NCBI GenBank assembly: GCA_951406725.2
Contig: OX597816.1
Location: 96,906,001-96,970,000, forward strand
Direction of reading: 5' to 3'
Length of the DNA: 64,000 bases
Origin: Octopus vulgaris
Lineage: Eukaryota
Part shown: one piece after another, positions 56,070-64,000 of the stretch
Position numbering within the stretch: position 1 is the stretch's first letter
Layout: each line of letters starts with the position of its first letter
Notes under the pieces: generated by a model
What the model saw: the letters and a program-made list of their open reading frames with translations, nothing else
Told to the model about the DNA's origin: nothing
Database searches by the model: none
Translations under genes and position numbers: made by a program

Positions 56070-57590
56070 ATAGGCGACTCCAGGTCATCAGCGTCAGTCG
56101 GGCTCATCACAGATTTCGCACAAGACATATGTATAAAAGAAGGTAAGAGACGTAATGCACACTGTAGACTTATATGTGCACTGATAACTCAACAGTAAGC
56201 AAGGTTGCTGCTTCTAACGAAAGAATAACACAAAAATATAGTTTTAATATAAAAAATTGCTTCATTTATACATGAATTCCAGTCGTCTTGGTTTCATAGT
56301 GAACTCGCGTAATATCCTGTCATGCAGCTCCTTCTTGTTGTCCAAGTTGTTCAAAATACTTTTCTCGATGGAAATAGGATCCAGTGAAGACAGCCGTTCT
56401 CGAGACATTGTGTTCCTCAGATATGAGCGGATTCTGTCCAACGTTGAGAAACTTATCTCATTAGTGACCGATGTTAAGGGGATGGTCAGCACTAGCTTAA
56501 TTAGTTTAATGGATTCCGGCATAGCAGAATTCAACTCCAGTTTATACAGTAATTCTAAAATGGAGTTGATTGACTTGCACTTTTTCAAATCATTGTCAAT
56601 ATACATGTATTTCAGCTCGTTCACTATGCTCTTATAGTGAAAATATACAGGGACACTTGTTTTCTAGAGAGTCCATATGTTGCATGGGAAATGAGTTAGC
56701 AAACTCTTCAAACTTATTAATGTCTAATAGTTTAAAAATGCATACTTCTGAATGCCAGAAAACTTTTCTCGTAAGGACATTAGAATGTTATAAATTATTT
56801 CAAAATAGCTAGTTTTGTAATTCATTTGTGCACCTCCCACACTTTTTCTAAGCGGATCGCTCAGAATGTTTTCATCATGTTCGTCCTTACGATAATCTTC
56901 AACACAATGAATAAAGTCATTTAGCTTACTCTGACCATGTTTTATGCCAAGTAGCTTACACTGTGGCATATCAAAGACTTTTCCAGTCTGAGAAAGTATG
57001 TGATGAAAGCAATTGATGAAAAACATGAATATGAAATCATTCAACTTTGTCAATAAATTGTCTGTTTGACAAAGTGTATCTTCATCCCTACAGCCTAGAA
57101 TACTTATGAAAGAATTTTTCAAGTTTCCATGCAATAGTTTTATGGATGACACAGTTCTTGATACATAGCACCATCTCGTTTCACACAGCGATGGAATACT
57201 GGCATGAAACTGTTTGAAAGCCCTTTCCCACTTGGCACTGGAAGATGTAAATTTATTAAATGCGCATAAATGAGAAAAATCATCCACTCACCTTCTCGAC
57301 ACTTTTACTCAAGACTAAGTTAAGTTTATGCGCATAACAGTGATTGAAGTACGCGTGTATTTTTATCCCTTAGCTTGCTCTGTGCTCCGTTTAGCGTTCC
57401 TGTCATTACAGCTGCTCCGTCGTAAATCTGGCTCACTAATTTATCTGTAGCGACACTGAAAGTGTTCAACGCAGTTGCGATGACAGAAGCAAACACGATG
57501 TCGATTTCAGCAAAGCACTGCAATAGTTCACGGTAATTTCCTCTATTAACAATGAGATTTCACCATGTCCAGGTAAAGGCAGCTCTTGTT
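56070..57590 (-). mobile_element. hAT transposase fossil (ZMYM/TTF-type) with C-terminal dimerisation domain
   Basis: ELPLPGH; IYDGAAVMTG..NGAQ; HCYAHKLNLVL; CETRW; LTIPLTSVTNE.SFSTL.RI.SYLRNTMS.ERLSSL. Confidence 0.9.
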
Positions 57591-57689
57591 TACACAGATA
57601 TAACACTGTTATATATACACACACATATTTATACACAGCCACAACCACATCCCCACACCCCCACACACATATATAAAATATTATTATTA

Positions 57690-58392
57690 TTATTAAATAC
57701 ATATACTTATGTATATCCTTTGTGTATTTACAAGTGACTGTAATGGCGTAGCGGAGTATATAACTCTCATGTCACCGTCGTTAAAACACTTTAGAGTCAT
57801 AGACAGGCGAGAAAACTCACTCTCAATCTCACTTGAGAGTGATGAAACATTGGTGTTTCATCATTTTTGTGATTTTTCAACATCACGCTCTCACCAAGGC
57901 TGAAAGCGCTTCACCCAGCCAGTTCAACGACTTATATGCCATTGACTTGTAAAATCATGAGCTGGTATGCCCAAAAATTGCATGCCTAAGAGAAAATTTA
58001 CATATGAAGTAAAATCAGCTCCAATATAACAAATATTGAATACATATATTAATGTATATGCTTTGTGTATTTTTCAGTGGCTGCAATTTCCGGGCATACC
58101 AGATCGTAATTTTACAAGCCATAAGTTTTGGGACTAGCTAGGTGACCCGCTTCAACCCAAGCTAGTGCGAGATGTTGAAAAGTCACAAAAGATGGCGAAA
58201 CATTGGCGTCCATCACTCCGAAATAGAACTGAGGGTGAGTTATCTCGTTTGTCAGTGACACCGAGGTGTTTTAAAACTGGCGACATGAGAGTTATATACT
58301 CCACTACGCCATTGCAGCCACCTGAAAATAGAGAACGCATATACATTAGTATATGCATTTAATAATGTTTATTAGACTAGCGCTGATTTTAC
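57690..58392. mobile_element. Two adjacent, oppositely oriented copies of a ~380-bp MITE (57690-57985 partial; 58009-58392 with ~80-bp TIRs)
   Basis: Copy 2 begins gtaaaatcagc..attgaatacatatattaatgtatatgc and ends gcatatacattagtatatgcatttaat..gctgattttac. A third fragment lies at ~17532-17660. Confidence 0.65.
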
Positions 58393-58567
58393 CTGATATG
58401 TAACCCCCCCCACACACACACACATATAGGTAATTTCGTATGTTTCTGCATATAACATATCTATAACAGAAGTAAGTAAATAAGCACTAAGAAAAACACA
58501 CACATATTTGCACATGTACATATACGCATATATACGCACGTGTATTCAACCACGTGTATTACACGCA

Positions 58568-60297
58568 TCTCAATAATACTAAAACTCTAGAGATGTCTGT
58601 GTGTACCCGAAATATCTCAGAAATAATATATTTTATCTTAATTTGTTTTGCATACTTATTTTCATACTTACCTTCGGCCGCGCAGTACAGAATTTTGTGA
58701 TATCTGAACCTCTATTTAAACGATTAAACACAATTTTTTTTTGTTATTTCTTGTGACGTCAATATACATACACACAGAGAATACACGCACATATAAAGAA
58801 TGTCATGGCATGTCAATCAGTACAAATACACGTCCGCTGTCTGTGACATACACACACACACACAGGGACTTTGCGCTATCTAAGAAGGAAAAAATAACGT
58901 CGAATTTTTGACGTACACAATATGCAAATCATTTGGAAATATTTTTAACAAAATGTGATTTTATCATCCGGAGTTCGTTAATTTACATACTTTTTTTTTA
59001 TTTAGTTACTTTTATTTTAAACTGAAAGAGAAGAGAAGTGGAAAATGTATGTACGTGTATATGAAATGAACGTGTGTGTGTGAAAGAGAGAGCGAGGGAG
59101 AGAGAGAGTGAGAGAGAGGAAGATAGATAGAGAGAGAGAGAGAGAAAAATAGAGAGAAAGAGAGAGAGAGAAAAAGAGAGAGTGAATGAAGGGGTGTGTT
59201 GTCATGTATACGTACATACATCAATACATATGCGTACATCTTTTTGTATGTACGTGTGAATGTGTCTGTGTGTGTGTGTGAGAGAGAGAGGGGAAAGAGA
59301 GGAAGAGAGAGAGTGAGTGAATGTGTGTGTTCTCATTTATGTGTAAGTGGCATTCTCTCTCTCTCTCATACACACACAAACACGTCTATTTCATATACAC
59401 TTTCATACATCTTTCACTTTAAAACAAAAAACAAAAAAATTAACCGGTGCTTTTCAGGATAAAGATGGTGTAAAAAAGCTTCTACTCATGTGAAATTCGC
59501 ACACTAAAGTTTTCAGAATTACCGATATGGCCAGAGGGAAAAGGTTTTCAATTTAGCTGTATTTAGCATAATTTCACTTACTTATGATTAGATTATATTC
59601 AATTTTCATTAGATTTAAGCTTATATATATTTTTTTGTAAATCCTATTCTGACATTAAATGAGTCAACTTCCGTTGCGATTGTTTACATTCTGTAACTCT
59701 CTAAGAAAAAGAGAGAAAAAAAGACGTCGACTTTTTGATGTACACACACACACACTGACGTAGGGAAATATCTTCATTTTACGGACATTACTTATAGTTT
59801 CATTATTTCAGATTTCCTTCTATTTCATTCATTTGACGTTTGTAATCGCTTTGTTGTTATGATTTAATTTTCTTAATACATTACATAAAAAAATAAGCAC
59901 TTATCAATTATGCCAAAAGTGAGAGGGATCATCGTGGTTAAGAGATGATACCAAAAAGCGTTCGGGAGAAGCAAAGACAAGAAGACAATAGGAAACAGCT
60001 GAGATGACGGTGGAACGACTGTAGGATAACAGAGTCACGCAACAAAGAGGGAAATTGGAATGCACGTCTCCAGGGTGTGAGACAAAGAATAAATAGCAGA
60101 TGACTTGGAGAAACGCCTGAGATTGTGGTTGTACGACTCTTAAACAAGAGGGTGAAGAAAGAAAGTTGATAAGTTTGGTTAAATATATATACATGCAGAA
60201 ATATATAGACCTGCATAAATACCACGAATTCCCATTCTACAAACTGGCAAACAATTATGTGAATACTTTACCGGGCACCGCTGGGTAGCAAGTCTAG
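58568..60297 (+). mobile_element. Non-autonomous Helitron-like element
   Basis: 3' end ccgggcaccgctgggt hairpin followed by CTAG|T. Candidate 5' end A|TC..taatactaaaa..gagatgtctgtgtgt (uncertain). Internal repeat gtcga.tttttga.gtacac occurs twice. Confidence 0.6.
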
Positions 60298-60522
60298 TAT
60301 ATGTATATGCCCATATGTTTGTGAGTACCAGTATATTCAATGCAATGTGTAATCAAAGTGACTTTATGTTAAGATGTGCACATAAAGTGTGACTTCACGT
60401 GTTTGTGATGTATGACGTAATAAATACGCATAGTAATGGCTGCACCCTGTGTCATGTCATAATTTATACGGTGTCAGAAGCGAGATTGAATAATCGCCCG
60501 AATGGATCAGATAAGAAGTCCG

Positions 60523-61409
60523 GGATCTTTTCAATTCTGAAGCCAGTTTTTTCAAATTTTTCCTACTGAACCAAACAATTTGAAACTTCGTATACTGGTA
60601 GAATGTGTCAAAAGTAAACTTAATTGTAAACCAGAATGAAAACGGAATTGTAACTTCTAAGTTTAACGTTGTTTAATAATTAGAATTTTAACCAATGATA
60701 TTCCGTCATTCGGCTTTATTTTATTTACTCCGTCTCGACCACCAATTTGGTGACGTATTAAACATCTTAAATGTAAACAAGCCGCATGTCTCCGTGAAAT
60801 CTCCTTCTAATTATTTAACGTACTCATGTTTCCAGGATCCTATAGTCAGCCACCTTCTAATAACAATATTTAAAACTAGTTAATAAGCCACATGTATTAA
60901 ATTGAAAATGTTTCCATTCTGTTAGTACTTGCTTTCGTTTGCTATTAAGAAGTGGCATCTCAGTGACGAGGCTTCTAACAAGATTTCGTTTCTAAGCTAA
61001 TGCGTTTCATTTCACTTATTGTATTTATTTGTGCAAAAGGCAAGAAATTTAATATTAAAAAAGCAAAGAGCTGGCAGAAACGTTAGCACGCCGGGCGAAA
61101 TGCGTAGCCGTATTTCGTCTGCCGTTACGTTCTGTGTTTGTTTACAGTTTTCCGAACGTTAGTACGTCACAAAAGCGCTTTCTACGTCACACTAATAGAA
61201 TGCAGTCAAGTTTTACACATGAAAACAAACAATCTGATTGGTTAAAATTCGCAGTTTTAATCTACGATTAAAGTCATAAAATAGATTTTTCTCAAATAAA
61301 CTAGTTCCAACCTGTGTCTTGTTTGCTAGACTCTATCAGCATACGAAGTTTCAGAATATTTAGTTAAGTAGAAAGATCTGTGGTCCTGGCTTCAGAATTG
61401 AAAAGATCC
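60523..61409. mobile_element. Non-autonomous DNA transposon with 24-bp perfect TIR and 8-bp TSD (Merlin-like)
   Basis: gaagtccg|ggatcttttcaattctgaagccag ... ctggcttcagaattgaaaagatcc|gaagtccg. Contains a SINE head at ~61066-61115. Confidence 0.88.
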
Positions 61410-61432
61410 GAAGTCCGAATAAGCTTATTCTC

Positions 61433-62480
61433 TGTTGTGGCGAGAGTCACAACACTCCCTGCGAGAATAGACTTGACCGAGCGACTATAAATAGTAGCGG
61501 TCTGAGTGAGAAACAGAGAGAGTAGGCATTAATCACAGGAAGTCGTGAAGTGTCGCTTGTTTGTCGGAATATCGTTTTTTGTTCGTGTATAGTTCGTGGA
61601 GGATTTGTTGGACTGTTACGTTGTTGTTACCCTGCTTCTTTATATATTTTATTGTTACACACGATTATAGTTTATAAACAAGTATCGACGTAAATAGTGG
61701 CGATGCTACGATAATTGGCAACGAGTAAATGCGTTAAAATATTGGCGACGAGGATTCGAAGCTCACGCTCGTCAGTTAACAAATTTTGTGATGCAATGTT
61801 GTTATGGAAGACCTATTAGTTCCTATAATTCAATCGCAAAAGCAACAGCAAGAACAGCAACAAGAGTTGCATAAACAATTACCTCAGCAACAAGAAGGAC
61901 AACATTATATAGAGCTATGTCTTAAGAAGTCCGGAAACACTATAAATTCGTTTTCGTCAGACGGCTTATCGAACTCTAAAACAGAATTCAGTTATGACCG
62001 GTGGTGGGGTTGGGGGGGGGGGGCTATAACGCATGCAGAGTACTTTAGAAGGTACAAAGAAATCTTCAGAGGAGATTGCAAGTCGTAAATTAGCGCTGGC
62101 TGAACATGAAAAATATTGTAATTTCATACTACCCGCCAAAAAACTCGTGAAATTTGTCTCCCGAAAACATTCGAACTACTATCAAAAATATTCAGTGATA
62201 AGAGTTCCCTATTTAACACTCTATAGGAGTGTTGGAATCTACCTAAAAGAGAGAATGAAGACTTTGTCACGTATACCGGGACCGTAAACCGAATGTGCGA
62301 AAGGTTTAAACTGAAGGAACTAACTCCTGATATATTTAAGTGCCTTATTTTTGTACAAAGGATTATGGATTACAAAGATGCGGGGATATGTTTCTCACAA
62401 AACTTGAACAAGCCCACTAAAGTTTAACCCTGCAGACAGTTGTAGGAGAGTGTCAAAGAATGGTAAATTTACGTCAGGAC
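61433..62480 (+). mobile_element. Second (inner) Gypsy element: 5' LTR, PBS and gag fragment
   Basis: TG...CA LTR at 61433-61680 with TATAAATA at 61486. PBS tggcgacgag at 61743. Gag from ATG 61804 (..EFSYD..YFRRY..IF; EHEKYCNFILP; SLFN; EDFVTY...VNRMCERFKLKELTPDIFKCLIFVQ). Confidence 0.8.
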
Positions 62481-64000
62481 GTAAAGAAAATTGAAGAGTT
62501 CTCACAAGTACAAACGTGCCGACTGGGAAGGCATAAACAAAAACACAAAAAATGTTAAGATCAAACCCTGTAGCAAGGGTTTGAGCATAACATTTGATCT
62601 TAAACAAAAAGAGGTGTGTGTAGACTATTTCTCAAAGTACCCTGAAATTGTGAAATTGTCTGACCTATCAAGTAAAACGACAATCACAGCAGCGAAATCT
62701 GTCTTTGCCAGATACGGCATCCGAGATGAGCTCATGACAGATAACGGACCGCAGTTTACGAGAGGAGTGTTCCGTAACTTTGGTCTAGAATGGGACTTCA
62801 AACACAGCATCAAGTCCGACATACCCATAATCAAACGGACAAGCTGAGCGTACACTTCAGACAGTAAAAATATCTGCTAAAAAAAAACAGAATCTAGTGG
62901 CCGAGATGTTTACTTAGCTATACTTGAGTACAGAAATATACCGGTTGACACGGTCAGTCTATCACCAGCTCAAATGCCAACGAGCAGGCGCCTGAAAAAT
63001 CGCTTACCTGTGTCCGATGCCTTGCTGGAACCTCAGGTACGACTATATCATCAGCTGAAAGCATGTCAAGACCAGCAAAAGTACTACTTATGACTGAGGT
63101 AGTATAGTTACCTCCCTTGAGTTCGGGACAGCAAGTCAGGATTCAAGAAGGAAGCCTGAAGATGTCAAATCAGTTGATGACGCACCAAGATTCTATAACA
63201 TAACAACGTCAGATGGAAGACAGTTTCGACGAAATCCCCGTCATCTGCGGACAGCTGCTGAGAATCCAGCAGCTCATCCAAATGGAGAATGTGAAGAGAC
63301 TATGAACTGCAATACAAATGAGTCTGAGACTACAAACACAATCTGTAATCAAACTCTGAGATCCAGATGAAAAAACATGCCGGAACAATATCGAGATTGA
63401 TATTAAAAAATGTTGAGTTCGAGAAGTGCTCCATGAAAAGAGAGATTCATGAACTGTGTTAAATGTCGAATTTCAAGTTAAACAAGTTGAACTGTATTAA
63501 TTGCTAGAAAGCATATTTCATTATTCTTTCCACGTTTGAAGAAGTTAAAGCGATTATTTTCTTAATGGAAAAAAAAATCATTTATGGACAGTTAAATTTA
63601 AAGAAGATATATTCATGGACTTTAAAGAAAGTTGCTTTATCAGAATGATAATGAATATATAATAGAGTTTATTTGAAGTTGATAATTTAAGCTCCAAATA
63701 TTGGCATAACTTAAAATTTGTGTGTATATTGACTACAATGATAACTCTTGCAACGTTTGTAAAGAAGGGAGATGTAATGAAGATAAATTTACGTTAAGCT
63801 GTGCACACAAAGTCTGATGTCAGAGTTTGTGACGCATGACGTAACAAACAGTAATGGCCGCGCCCTATGACATGTCATAATTTACACTATGCATATCTTT
63901 GGGACAGGACTGCAGTATGCGCGCGAATCTACAAGAATCTATGCACACGCCCCCCCACGCACACAACCACACAAAAAGCTACACATGTAGCATACGCTTA

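Larger units (their letters stand above)
60348..63886 (+). mobile_element. Gypsy LTR element (outer), internally deleted, with ~115-120-bp LTRs
   Basis: LTRs 60348-60468 and 63773-63886. PBS-like cggtgtcagaagcg at 60469-60482. PPT aaagaagggaga at 63761-63772. TSD caatg/ctatg. Integrase VDYFSKYPE..TDNGPQF..SNGQAER..LEYRN.P at ~62610-63010. Confidence 0.85.

Overview
This is an AT-rich eukaryotic window, saturated with microsatellites and made almost entirely of repeats. I found no convincing host protein-coding gene. The SINE families and simple-repeat load look cephalopod (Octopus-like); this is an inference from sequence style, not a search. Most ORFs in the track are microsatellite artefacts. 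Real content: (1) Penelope-like (PLE) foldback elements of about 0.4, 0.6 and 4.1 kb that sit in (TA)n and carry minimal type-I hammerhead ribozymes, plus further isolated hammerhead and GIY-YIG remnants. (2) A 7-kb co-oriented cluster of R4/Dong non-LTR elements and a non-coding partner element, stacked in a (TAA)n tract. (3) A decayed Sola3-like DDD transposase gene. (4) Tc1, mariner and hAT fossils, several MITEs and a non-autonomous Helitron. (5) A nested Gypsy structure with a Merlin-like insert and a tandem array of primer-binding sites. (6) Many tRNA-derived SINEs. All assignments come from motif reading by eye, and coordinates of decayed elements are approximate.
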